Source: Chloroflexota bacterium (GTDB lineage Bacteria > Chloroflexota > Limnocylindria > Limnocylindrales > CSP1-4). From it: a DNA stretch of 64,000 bases. The stretch's first letter is position 1, and each line of letters opens with the position of its first letter. The DNA lies in contig JBFMEV010000001.1 of NCBI GenBank assembly GCA_040752335.1, positions 31,245 through 95,244 of the forward strand, written 5' to 3'. This document shows positions 25,407-34,029 of this stretch, piece by piece. The position numbers and the translations under genes were made by a program. The notes below the pieces were generated by a model. The model did not search any database. It was given only the letters and a program-made list of their open reading frames with translations, and was not told the DNA's origin.

Positions 25407-26378
25407 TCAGCCGTCCCACGAACAGGTGACGGCAGCGACGTCCGCCCGCCACAGCCCCAGGTGGATGTACGTCGCGGTGATCCGGAGCGGGCCCGGCTCC
25501 GGCGGCGCCTCCCGCGTCCGCGCCAGCGAGACCTCGATTCGCCCCGGCCGGAGCTGCTGCGCGCCGAGCTGGATGCCCCAGTGCCACGACCCCTCGGCCT
25601 CGGCCTCGACCGCCCGGGCTATCGCGGCGCTCGGTTCGACCTGGCGGCCCTGGACGATCCCGGTCGCCGTCGCCGGCGTGGTGCCGAGCAGGTACAGCGG
25701 CCGGCCCAGGCCGTCGTCGCCGGTCCAGCCGATGACCACGACGTCGTCGCCGCTCGGGAACGGGCTGCCCGTCGCCCACGACCACTCGTAGCGGACGGCG
25801 ATCTCCGAAGGCGGACCGCCGCTGGCGTCGGCGGCGGCGCCGCTGGCGCCGCAATCCACCTCGAGCGTCGCCCGGAGGTCGGGCGGGTGGACATCGAGGA
25901 TGCCGCCCCAGCCGAAGATCGTCGAGCCGGTCAGCGGGATCGCGAGCAGCACGAGCGCGGTCCCGACCAGCCCAACGCTCCGGTGGTCGCGCCGGGGCGC
26001 CGCCCGGTGGTCGGCAGGACCCAGCCAGGCCCAGGCCGCCAGGACGACGTCGAACGGGACCCGCAGCCGGCCGTCCGCGACCACGAGCCCGAGCACGACC
26101 AGGCCGGCCACACCGACCGCGACGAGCAGCGGTCGGGCCGCCGCGTACGCCCACGGCCGGCGGCGGTCGAGGGCCACGGCCACGACGACATACACCGCTG
26201 CCAGGAAACCGGTCGAGGTGTTGAAGGTGACCGCCTGGAGCCACGACATCGGGTCGGGCGGGGGGAACAGCGAGATAACCACGGCCGCGACGTCGATGGC
26301 GGCAAGGATCTTGAGCGCCAGCGAAGCTCGCGCCTCGAGGGACCCTGGGACCGGGCCAAGGATCTCCGGCTCAGTCAC
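25407..26378 (-). CDS. hypothetical membrane protein with an extracytoplasmic C-terminal domain
   Basis: The N-terminus has 4-5 TM helices (LKILAAIDVAAVVISLF, GFLAAVYVVVAVAL, LLVAVGVAGLVVLGLVV, LVGTALVLLAIPL). A soluble domain of about 170 aa follows. Its GTG overlaps the stop of the EamA gene (GTGA). Confidence 0.6.
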   Translation of the reverse strand: MTEPEILGPVPGSLEARASLALKILAAIDVAAVVISLFPPPDPMSWLQAVTFNTSTGFLAAVYVVVAVALDRRRPWAYAAARPLLVAVGVAGLVVLGLVVADGRLRVPFDVVLAAWAWLGPADHRAAPRRDHRSVGLVGTALVLLAIPLTGSTIFGWGGILDVHPPDLRATLEVDCGASGAAADASGGPPSEIAVRYEWSWATGSPFPSGDDVVVIGWTGDDGLGRPLYLLGTTPATATGIVQGRQVEPSAAIARAVEAEAEGSWHWGIQLGAQQLRPGRIEVSLARTREAPPEPGPLRITATYIHLGLWRADVAAVTCSWDG

Positions 26379-27295
26379 GCCAGCGCCGCCCTCGCCCGGT
26401 CGCGAAGCCGGCCGACGGGCAGCGTCGCCACGGCGATCCCGCCGATGATCAGGGCGACCCCGCCGAGCTGGACGACGGACGGTACCTCGGCCAGCAGGAT
26501 GCGAGCGAGGAGCACCGTCGCGACCGGCTGCACGAGCAGGATGATCGAGACGAGCGCCGCCGGGAGCCGCGGCAGCGACATCGAGATGAGGAGGTAGCCG
26601 ATCGACTGCGAGGTCAGCCCGAGGAGGGCGAGCCAGCCGTGGCTCGGCCAGGCCGGGACCGGGTCCAGGTCGCCGACGACGACCCCGGCGACGACCGCCA
26701 CGACCATCGTCGAGGCGGTCGAGACGGCAACCGGCCCGGCCGGCCGGCGAACGTTTTGGGTTCCGCGACGGATGACGAGCAGGTATCCGGCGTAGCACAG
26801 GGCCGTCAGGAGCCCCAGGCCCACGCCCAGCGGCGGGTTGGCGCCGTACGCCCCGGCGCCCACGACGCCCGAGATGAGGACCGCGCCGCCGAGCACGATC
26901 GGCGTGGCGGCGATGACCGGCCGCGGCGGCCGCTCGCCGAGGACGGCCCAGGCCACGAACCCCACGACGAGCACCTGGAGGTTGCCGAGGACCGTCGCCA
27001 GCCCGGCCCCCACGGCGTCGACCGCGTGATGCCAGGTCAGGAGGTCGCCGGCGAAGAAGACGCCGGCCACGATCGCCAGCCAAACGGCCCGCCGCGGCAG
27101 CGCGCCGTAGCGGCGGTGCTCCAGCCAGGCGACGAGGACGAGGACCGGCAGGCCGTACAGGCACCGGAAGACCGTCACGGTGGAGGGCGACACCTCGGCG
27201 AAGCGATAGAGAATCCCCGAGAACGCGATGCACAGCGCCCCGAGCAGGGCGGCGGTCCGGGGCCGGGCCGCGATCGCGTCATACAGCCCGGTCAC
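26375..27295 (-). CDS. EamA/DMT-family transporter
   Basis: The product has 10 predicted TM helices arranged as two EamA-like halves. Confidence 0.85.
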   Translation of the reverse strand: MTGLYDAIAARPRTAALLGALCIAFSGILYRFAEVSPSTVTVFRCLYGLPVLVLVAWLEHRRYGALPRRAVWLAIVAGVFFAGDLLTWHHAVDAVGAGLATVLGNLQVLVVGFVAWAVLGERPPRPVIAATPIVLGGAVLISGVVGAGAYGANPPLGVGLGLLTALCYAGYLLVIRRGTQNVRRPAGPVAVSTASTMVVAVVAGVVVGDLDPVPAWPSHGWLALLGLTSQSIGYLLISMSLPRLPAALVSIILLVQPVATVLLARILLAEVPSVVQLGGVALIIGGIAVATLPVGRLRDRARAALA

Positions 27296-27311
27296 GGCCT
27301 CGGCGCCTGGA

Positions 27312-29186
27312 TCACCCCTGCCGGGTCGGGACGCCGACGAACCGGAGCCCGAGCTCGGCGTACTGGGCCGGATCCGGCTTGGACGGGGCCTCGAGCATGA
27401 GGTCGCTGCCCGACTGGGTCTTGGGGAAGGCCATGACCTCGCGGATGTTCGTCTGGTACGAGAGCAGGGCCGCCCAGCGGTCGATGCCGAGGGCGATCCC
27501 GCCGTGCGGCGGAGCCCCGTACTCGAACGCCTCGAGCATCGCCCCGAACATGTTCTGCATTCGCTCGCGGGTGTAGCCCTGGAGGGCGAAGCTCCGCTCC
27601 AGGAGGTCGTGGCGCCAGATCCGGACCGAGCCGCCGCCGAGCTCCCAGCCGTTGAGAACGATGTCGTACTGCATCGCCCGGGCCCGCCCGGCCGGGTCGT
27701 CCGGGGTCGGGCGGGCGGGATCGCCGGACGCCGTGGTGAGGAGGACCTCGTCCTCCGGCACGACGCCCGAGAACGGGTTGTGGGTCGCGTCCCAGCGGCC
27801 GTTCTCGATGTCCCACTGGTACATCGGGAAGCGATGGACCCAGGCGTAGGCCAGGACGTCGGGGTCGGCCAGGCCGAGCTGCGTCCCGAGCTCCGCCCGG
27901 AGCCGGCCGAGGACGTCGTTCGCCACGGCCGAGCTGTCGGCCACGATGAGCACGAGGTCGCCGGGGCTGGCCCCGGCCCGGGCCGCCAGGCGCTCGGCGA
28001 GGTCCTCGCCGAGGAACTTCACGATCGGGCCCTTGACCGAGCCCGTCGCCTCGACCGAGAGGTGGGCGAGCCCGCGCGCCCCGAACCGCCTGGCCGTCTC
28101 GGTCAGCTCGTCGATCCGGCTGCGAGGCGCGTCGCCAAGGCCGGGAACGGTGATGGACTTGACCCGACCTCCGGCGGCGAGGGCCTCGTCAAACACGCGG
28201 AAGCCCGAGGCGGAAGCGCTGCTGGTGCCGGCGTGGGCCATCTCGGGCGCGAGGTCCACCAGCTCCATTCCGAAGCGGACGTCCGGCTTGTCCGAGCCGA
28301 ACCGCTCCATCGCGTCGGCGTAGGTGAACCGCGGGAACGGCGTCGCCTGCAGCGGGCGCTCCGGGACCACGGCCCGGCTGACCTCGATCGCGACGTGCTC
28401 GACGAAGGCCATGACCGTGGCCTCGTCGACGAAGCTCATCTCGAGGTCGAGCTGGGTGAACTCTGGCTGGCGGTCACCCCGGAGGTCCTCGTCCCGGAAG
28501 CAGCGAGCGATCTGGAAGTAGCGATCCACCCCGGCGACCATGAGCAGCTGCTTGAGCTGCTGGGGGCTCTGGGGCAGGGCGTAGACCTCGCCCGGCTGGA
28601 GCCGGCTCGGGACGATGAAGTCGCGGGCGCCCTCGGGCGTGCTCTTGATGAGGTTCGGCGTCTCGACCTCGACGAAGCCGCTCGCGTGGTGGACCTCGCG
28701 GATCGCCTGGACGAGGCGGCTTCGGAGCAGGAGGCGCCGCTGCATCGCGTCGCGCCGAAGGTCCAGGTAGCGGAACTTGAGCCGGAGGCTCTCGTCGATC
28801 GTGGCCTCGGGGTCGTTGATGTAGAACGGCGGGGTCCTGGCCTCGTTGAGGATCTGGACGTCCGTCGCCTGGAGCTCGATCTCGCCGGTCGGCAGCCGCG
28901 GGTTCTCCGTTCCGGGCAGGCGCAGCGCGACCTCGCCGCTGACGCCCAGGACGAACTCCGAGCGGACCCGTGACGCCGTGGCGTGGGCTTCCGGCGAATC
29001 GGCCGCGTCGATGACGACCTGGGTCAGGCCATGGCGGTCCCGGAGGTCGATGAAGATGAGCGAGCCGTGGTCACGCCGGCGATGGACCCAGCCGGCCAGG
29101 CGGGCCGGGGAGCCGGCGTGCGAGGCCCGAAGGGCGCCGCAGGTGTGGGTTCGATAGGGCGTGGCGAGGCTCGTGGGGTCGGTCAT
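27312..29186 (-). CDS. aspS: aspartate--tRNA ligase
   Basis: The sequence contains YRTHTCGALR, GWVHRRRDHGSLIFIDLRDRHG, FRDEDLRGDRQPEFTQLD and PPHGGIALGIDR. I start it at ATG 29186 (MTDPTSL). Confidence 0.95.
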   Translation of the reverse strand: MTDPTSLATPYRTHTCGALRASHAGSPARLAGWVHRRRDHGSLIFIDLRDRHGLTQVVIDAADSPEAHATASRVRSEFVLGVSGEVALRLPGTENPRLPTGEIELQATDVQILNEARTPPFYINDPEATIDESLRLKFRYLDLRRDAMQRRLLLRSRLVQAIREVHHASGFVEVETPNLIKSTPEGARDFIVPSRLQPGEVYALPQSPQQLKQLLMVAGVDRYFQIARCFRDEDLRGDRQPEFTQLDLEMSFVDEATVMAFVEHVAIEVSRAVVPERPLQATPFPRFTYADAMERFGSDKPDVRFGMELVDLAPEMAHAGTSSASASGFRVFDEALAAGGRVKSITVPGLGDAPRSRIDELTETARRFGARGLAHLSVEATGSVKGPIVKFLGEDLAERLAARAGASPGDLVLIVADSSAVANDVLGRLRAELGTQLGLADPDVLAYAWVHRFPMYQWDIENGRWDATHNPFSGVVPEDEVLLTTASGDPARPTPDDPAGRARAMQYDIVLNGWELGGGSVRIWRHDLLERSFALQGYTRERMQNMFGAMLEAFEYGAPPHGGIALGIDRWAALLSYQTNIREVMAFPKTQSGSDLMLEAPSKPDPAQYAELGLRFVGVPTRQG

Positions 29187-29195
29187 GGCGGGCGT

Positions 29196-29201
29196 ATCGT
29201 A
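29196..29201 (-). promoter_or_regulatory. -10-like hexamer TACGAT, 9 nt upstream of the aspS ATG
   Basis: The minus strand reads ggcTACGATacgcccgccATG. Confidence 0.35.
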
Positions 29202-29255
29202 GCCGCCGCCAACCGGGGACGAGGAAGGGCCGCATGGCCCTCGGAGGGATCGACG

Positions 29256-29618
29256 ATGGGACGCCTGCTCGTGCACATCGCCACGGGGCCGGAGAACCCG
29301 TCTCGCGCGGCGCTCGGCCTGCTCGTGGCCCGGACGGCGCTCGGGGCCGGTCATACGGTCGACCTGTTCATCGCCGGCGATGGCGTCGGAATCCTCCGGC
29401 CTGAGACGCTCGACGCCGGTCACGGCATCGGCACCGGCTCGATGCGCGAGCACGTCGATGCCCTCGTCGCCGGCGGGGCGACGTTCTACGCGTCGGGCCT
29501 GTCGTCGAAGGCCCGGGGCCTGACGGCCGACGCCCTCGGCGGGCTCGCCGTGACGATGGCCCCGCCTGACAGGCTCGTGGAGCTTGCCTTCGCGGCGGAC
29601 CGGGTCCTCAGCTACTGA
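29256..29618 (+). CDS. DsrE/DsrF-like family protein, cysteine-free
   Basis: MGRLLVHIATGPENPSRAALGLLVARTALGAGHTVDLFIAGDGV..FYASGLSSKARGL matches the DsrE-fold pattern. A GGAGG lies 8 nt upstream. The 120-aa product contains no Cys. Confidence 0.65.
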   Translation: MGRLLVHIATGPENPSRAALGLLVARTALGAGHTVDLFIAGDGVGILRPETLDAGHGIGTGSMREHVDALVAGGATFYASGLSSKARGLTADALGGLAVTMAPPDRLVELAFAADRVLSY

Positions 29619-29622
29619 TGCT

Positions 29623-30021
29623 TCAGGGAACGAGGGTCAGCGCCACCTCGCGACCGACGACCTCGAAGTCACGACGATCGAGGGTCATGACGCGACGGCC
29701 TGAACGCTCGGCGCAGGCCACGACTGCGGCATCGGCGACGCCGAGCGGCAGGTCGGCGTAGCGGACGACGAGCTCCCGGATCCGGACGAGATCCGTCTCG
29801 CCCGGATCGTATCGAAACTGGCCCTCCCCGAGATCCTCGAGGAAGGCTGCGATCGCGGTGGTCCCGAGCCTTCGCTGGACGAAGTAGCCGACCTCGCAGA
29901 GGATCGCGGCGGGAACGAGCAGCGGCGGCCGTTCGTCACGGAGGGCCTCGACGACACGCTCGTGGGCTGCCTCGTCAGCGTCCAGCAGGGCGACCACCGC
30001 GGACGTGTCGAGGGTGATCAC
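29623..30021 (-). CDS. vapC: PIN-domain ribonuclease toxin
   Basis: The sequence shows ITLDTSAVVALL (first acidic residue), CEVGYF and PLGVADAAVVACAE..TLDRRDF, which is the classic VapC layout. Confidence 0.9.
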   Translation of the reverse strand: MITLDTSAVVALLDADEAAHERVVEALRDERPPLLVPAAILCEVGYFVQRRLGTTAIAAFLEDLGEGQFRYDPGETDLVRIRELVVRYADLPLGVADAAVVACAERSGRRVMTLDRRDFEVVGREVALTLVP

Positions 30022-30275
30022 CCTGGACGTGGGGTCCGCCGGCGCTCGGCGTCTTCACGGTCCCACTCGGCATGGACCCACCGCTTTGCCTCGGACGCCG
30101 GGACGGCCCCGCTGCGAGCGATGCCGATCGAGCGAGGCCACGGCCTCTCGGCGCGCGCCACGTACTCCGCGACTGCGTCCCGGATCAGCTCCGCCTGTGG
30201 ACGACCGCGGCGGCGCGCCAGGGCGCGCAGCTCGACCTGCAGCTCCTTGGTCAGGTAGAGGGTTGTCTTCTCCAT
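30018..30275 (-). CDS. vapB: ribbon-helix-helix (CopG/MetJ-type) antitoxin
   Basis: MEKTTLYLTKELQVELRALARRRGRPQAELIRDAVAEYV is an RHH motif. Its stop overlaps the vapC GTG (GTGA). Confidence 0.85.
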   Translation of the reverse strand: MEKTTLYLTKELQVELRALARRRGRPQAELIRDAVAEYVARAERPWPRSIGIARSGAVPASEAKRWVHAEWDREDAERRRTPRPG

Positions 30276-30287
30276 GAGCGGAGGTTA

Positions 30288-30304
30288 CCACATGCCATAT
30301 GTGG
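30288..30304. promoter_or_regulatory. imperfect palindrome upstream of vapB (candidate operator)
   Basis: The sequence is ccacat-gccat-atgtgg and contains catatg. It lies 13-29 nt upstream of the vapB ATG in a locally AT-richer stretch. Confidence 0.4.
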
Positions 30305-30314
30305 CAGCGCGCGC

Positions 30315-31616
30315 TCAGCCGTGGCGGTGGGCCTTGACGGCGCGGGCGATCTCCTTGGCCAGGTCCGTCGTCGCGATCGCCCGCTGGCTGCCTGCCTCGA
30401 GGTCGCGGAGCTGGGCCTGGCCCTCGGCCAGCTCGTCGCCGAGGATGACCGCGAAGTGGGCCCCATCCCGGCCCGCGGCCTCCAGCTGCCGGCCGAGCTT
30501 GCGCTTGCCCGGGTCCGCCCGCGCCCGAAGGCCGGCAGCCCGAAGGTCGGTCGCGATCCGGAGCCGCGAAACGGTGTCGGCGGGATCGGCGGACACGACC
30601 ACCGCGTCGGGAGCATCTGGGTGGCCCACCTCGGCCGCCCCCCCTGCCACGCCCTGCTCATCGAGGACCAGGGCGATCCGATCCAGGCCCAGCCCGAACC
30701 CGATCCCCGGCGTGGGCTTCCCGCCGAGCAGCTCCACGAGGCCGTCGTAGCGGCCGCCCCCGCCGAGGGCCTGCTGCTGGCCGGCGCGGCCCTCGACGTA
30801 GAACTCGAACGCCGTCCGGGTGTAGTAGTCGAGGCCCCGGACGAGGCCGGGCTCGATCCGGTACCGGATCCCGAGGGCGTCGAGGTGGTCCCGCAGGCCC
30901 TCGAAGTGGCCCGCGCAGGCCTCGCACAGATGGTCCGTCATCCGCGGCGCAGTGGCGTTGATCGCGGCCATCGCCGGGTCCTTCGAATCGAGGAGCCGGA
31001 GCGGGTTCCGCTCGAGGCGGTCCCGTTCTGTCGGTGGCAGCGCAGCGGCATGACCGCGGTAATACGCGACGAGGGCCTCGAGGTACGCGGGCCGGCAGGC
31101 CGGGTCGCCGATCGAGTTGAGGAGGACCTCCGCGCCCCGGACGTTCACCTCGGCGAAGAAGCGAAGCCCAAGCTCGATGATCTCGGCATCGATCGCCGGT
31201 CCGGGATCGCCGATCGCCTCGACGTCGAACTGCCAGAACTGGCGGTAGCGCCCGGCCTGCGGGCGGTCGTAGCGGAACATCGGCCCGGTCGAGGTGAGCT
31301 TGACCGGTTGGGGCCAGGTCTGGAGGCCGTGCTGGACATAGGCCCGGGCGATGCCCGCGGTTGGCTCCGGCCGGAGGGCCCAGGCCTCCGATTCCTCCGT
31401 TCGCGGCGCGATCCGGAACAACTCCTTCTCGACGACGTCGGTGACCTCGCCGATCCCCCGCTCGAAGACCGCCGCCTGCTCAATGAGCGGGGTCTCGATG
31501 GGCCGGTAGCCGTAGCGATCGGTCAGGCCGCGGGCGACCTCGGCGAACCGGAGAAACCGGGTGGCCTCGTCGGGCAGCAGGTCGCGGGTGCCGCGGGGAG
31601 CTCGATAGGTTGGCAT
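30315..31616 (-). CDS. hisS: histidine--tRNA ligase
   Basis: The sequence contains APRGTRDLLP, FRYDRPQAGRYRQFWQFDVE and GGGRYDGL. It starts immediately after the relA stop. Confidence 0.95.
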   Translation of the reverse strand: MPTYRAPRGTRDLLPDEATRFLRFAEVARGLTDRYGYRPIETPLIEQAAVFERGIGEVTDVVEKELFRIAPRTEESEAWALRPEPTAGIARAYVQHGLQTWPQPVKLTSTGPMFRYDRPQAGRYRQFWQFDVEAIGDPGPAIDAEIIELGLRFFAEVNVRGAEVLLNSIGDPACRPAYLEALVAYYRGHAAALPPTERDRLERNPLRLLDSKDPAMAAINATAPRMTDHLCEACAGHFEGLRDHLDALGIRYRIEPGLVRGLDYYTRTAFEFYVEGRAGQQQALGGGGRYDGLVELLGGKPTPGIGFGLGLDRIALVLDEQGVAGGAAEVGHPDAPDAVVVSADPADTVSRLRIATDLRAAGLRARADPGKRKLGRQLEAAGRDGAHFAVILGDELAEGQAQLRDLEAGSQRAIATTDLAKEIARAVKAHRHG

Positions 31617-33881
31617 CTAGCCGAGGTCGCGGGACACCGAGATGACGTCCTTGAGCTGCTCGATCCGGCCGAGGACGCGGGCCAGCTGCGAGACGCTCGC
31701 GACCTGGAGCGTGGCGCGGACCACCGCCACGTGGTCCGGGCCCACGGACACGTTCGCGGCCAGGATGTTGACCTTGGCCTCGGCCACGACCTGGGTGATG
31801 TCCGAGAGCAGCCCGGTGCGGTCGTAGGCCTCCACCCGGATCGCGATCGGGTAGGTCTGGGCCGGGGCGGCCTCCCATTCGACCTCGATGAGCCGGCTGA
31901 CCTCGCGCTCGTTGATGACCGTCGGGCAGGACCGAAGGTGGACGGTCACGCCCTTGCCCCGGGTGATGAAGCCCTGGATCGGGTCGCCCGGGATCGGGTG
32001 GCAGCAGCGGGCGAACCGGACCAGCAGGTCCCCCACGCCCTTGACCCGGACGCCGCCGGCCTTGGCCGGTTGGACCTGGGGCGCGATCGTCGGCAGGGCC
32101 AGCTGGGCGTCGTCGACGACCCCGAGGCGCATGACCACCGACTGGGCCGAGATCGCGCCGTAGCCGACGGCGGCCAGGAAGTCGTCGAGCGTGTCGTGGT
32201 TGAGCTGGCGGGCGACCTCCATGATCCGGTCCTGGCCGATCGCCGCCATCGAGGTCCGGGCCAGGCGGCGGAGCTCGCGGTCGAGCGACTCGCGGCCGTG
32301 GACGATGTTCTCGTCCCGCTCCTGGCGCTTGAACCATTGCCGGATCTTCTCCCGGGCGTGGCTCGTCCGGACGAGGTTCAGCCAGTCGCGCGAGGGACCG
32401 TGCTCGGCCTTCGTCGTCACGATCTCGACGATGTCGCCGTTCTTGAGCCGGTAGTCCAGGGGCACGAGCCGGTTGTTGACCTTGGCCCCGATCGTCCGAT
32501 GGCCGACGTCGGTGTGGATCCGGTAGGCAAAGTCGAGCGGCGTCGAGTTCGCCGGCAGGTCCTTGATCTCGCCCTTGGGGGTGAAGACGAAGACCTGGTC
32601 CTGGAAGATGTCGAGCTTGATGCCCTCGACGAACTCGGTCGCGTCGCTGACCTCGCGCTGCCAGTCCATGAGCTGGCGCAGCCAGGCGAGCTTGGCGTCG
32701 TAGTCCTTCTCGGCCTTGGAGCCTTCCTTGTAGCGCCAGTGGGCGGCGATCCCGACCTCGGACACCTGGTGCATGGCGTGGGTCCGGATCTGGATCTCGA
32801 GGGGCTTGCCGTCGAGGGCGATGACCGCGGTGTGGAGCGACTGGTAAAGGTTGTTCTTGGGGACGGCGATGTAGTCGTCGAACTGGCCGGGGATCGGGCG
32901 CCACAGGGCATGGACGATGCCGAGCGCCGCGTAGCAGTCCTTGACCTCGTCGACGAGGATCCGGATGGCGTAGACGTCGTAGATCTCGCCGAACTCGGCC
33001 GCTTTGCGCTGCATCTTCTTCCAGATGCTGTAGATGTGCTTGGGCCGGCCCTGGAGGTCGGCGATGACGCCGGCGTCGCGGAGCCTGGGCTCGAGCTCGG
33101 CGATGGCGCGCTCGATGAAGGTCTCCCGGCCCTTGCGGCGGGTGTCCAGGAGCTTGGCCAGCTCCCGGAAGCGCTCCGGCTCCAGGGTCTTGAAGGCCAG
33201 GTCCTCCAGCTCCCACTTGACCTGCCAGATCCCCAGGCGCTCGGCCAGCGGGGCGTAGATCTCGAGCGTCTGGCGGGCGATCCGAACCTGCTTGTCCATG
33301 GGCAGGGCCGCCAGGGTCCGCATGTTGTGGAGCCGGTCGGCGAGCTTGATGAGGACGACCCGGATGTCCTCGGCCATCGCCAGGAACATCTTCCGGATGT
33401 TCTCGGCCTGCTGCTGCTCGTGGCTGAGGGTGCTGAACTTGCCGAGCTTGGTCACCCCGTCGACGAGATGGGCGACCTCGCCGCCGAAGCGCTCTTCGAT
33501 GTCCGACAGGGCGTACTCGGTGTCCTCGGGGACGTCGTGGAGGACGGCCGCCTCGATCGCGACCGGGTCGATGCCGAGCTCGGCCAGGATCTCGGCGGCG
33601 GCGATGGGGTGGGTCACGTACGGCTCGCCCGACGCCCGGCGCTGCTGGCCGTGGGCCTCGGCAGCCATCGCCACCGCCCGCTCGATCCCCGAGAGGTCGG
33701 CCTGGGGGTAGTGAACGCGGATGGCCGCCACGAGCCGCGCGGTCAGGACGTCGAGCGACGCCGCCTGGCGGGCGCTGGCGGCCCTCGAGAGGGCGCGGCT
33801 GGCCGGCCGCCGCCCGCGGACCGGGGTGCTCGGCGGAGCGTCGGTCGTGGCGGCGTCGGCGCGCATGCGAGGGGTGACCAT
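31617..33881 (-). CDS. relA: bifunctional (p)ppGpp synthetase/hydrolase, RelA/SpoT family
   Basis: The sequence shows an HD domain (EPYVTHPIAAAEIL..HDVPEDT), a synthetase domain (YKSLHT-like LYQSLHTAV..EIQIRT), and TGS and ACT-like C-terminal regions. I start it at ATG 33881, which has a TAGACT hexamer 10 nt upstream. Confidence 0.95.
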   Translation of the reverse strand: MVTPRMRADAATTDAPPSTPVRGRRPASRALSRAASARQAASLDVLTARLVAAIRVHYPQADLSGIERAVAMAAEAHGQQRRASGEPYVTHPIAAAEILAELGIDPVAIEAAVLHDVPEDTEYALSDIEERFGGEVAHLVDGVTKLGKFSTLSHEQQQAENIRKMFLAMAEDIRVVLIKLADRLHNMRTLAALPMDKQVRIARQTLEIYAPLAERLGIWQVKWELEDLAFKTLEPERFRELAKLLDTRRKGRETFIERAIAELEPRLRDAGVIADLQGRPKHIYSIWKKMQRKAAEFGEIYDVYAIRILVDEVKDCYAALGIVHALWRPIPGQFDDYIAVPKNNLYQSLHTAVIALDGKPLEIQIRTHAMHQVSEVGIAAHWRYKEGSKAEKDYDAKLAWLRQLMDWQREVSDATEFVEGIKLDIFQDQVFVFTPKGEIKDLPANSTPLDFAYRIHTDVGHRTIGAKVNNRLVPLDYRLKNGDIVEIVTTKAEHGPSRDWLNLVRTSHAREKIRQWFKRQERDENIVHGRESLDRELRRLARTSMAAIGQDRIMEVARQLNHDTLDDFLAAVGYGAISAQSVVMRLGVVDDAQLALPTIAPQVQPAKAGGVRVKGVGDLLVRFARCCHPIPGDPIQGFITRGKGVTVHLRSCPTVINEREVSRLIEVEWEAAPAQTYPIAIRVEAYDRTGLLSDITQVVAEAKVNILAANVSVGPDHVAVVRATLQVASVSQLARVLGRIEQLKDVISVSRDLG

Positions 33882-33891
33882 CGTGCGCGGA

Positions 33892-33897
33892 AGTCTA
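33892..33897 (-). promoter_or_regulatory. -10-like hexamer TAGACT, 10 nt upstream of the relA ATG 33881
   Basis: The minus strand reads ctgcTAGACTtccgcgcacgATG. Confidence 0.35.
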
Positions 33898-34029
33898 GCA
33901 GCGGGATCCTTCGATCCCGACCGGAGGAACGTGGTGCATCCGGGCACCCACATTCCGGCGTATCGACCCTACGATGGCGCCCCGGCGGTCACCCCGGACC
34001 GCCCGTGCCTCGAAACCTGGAGGATCGGC

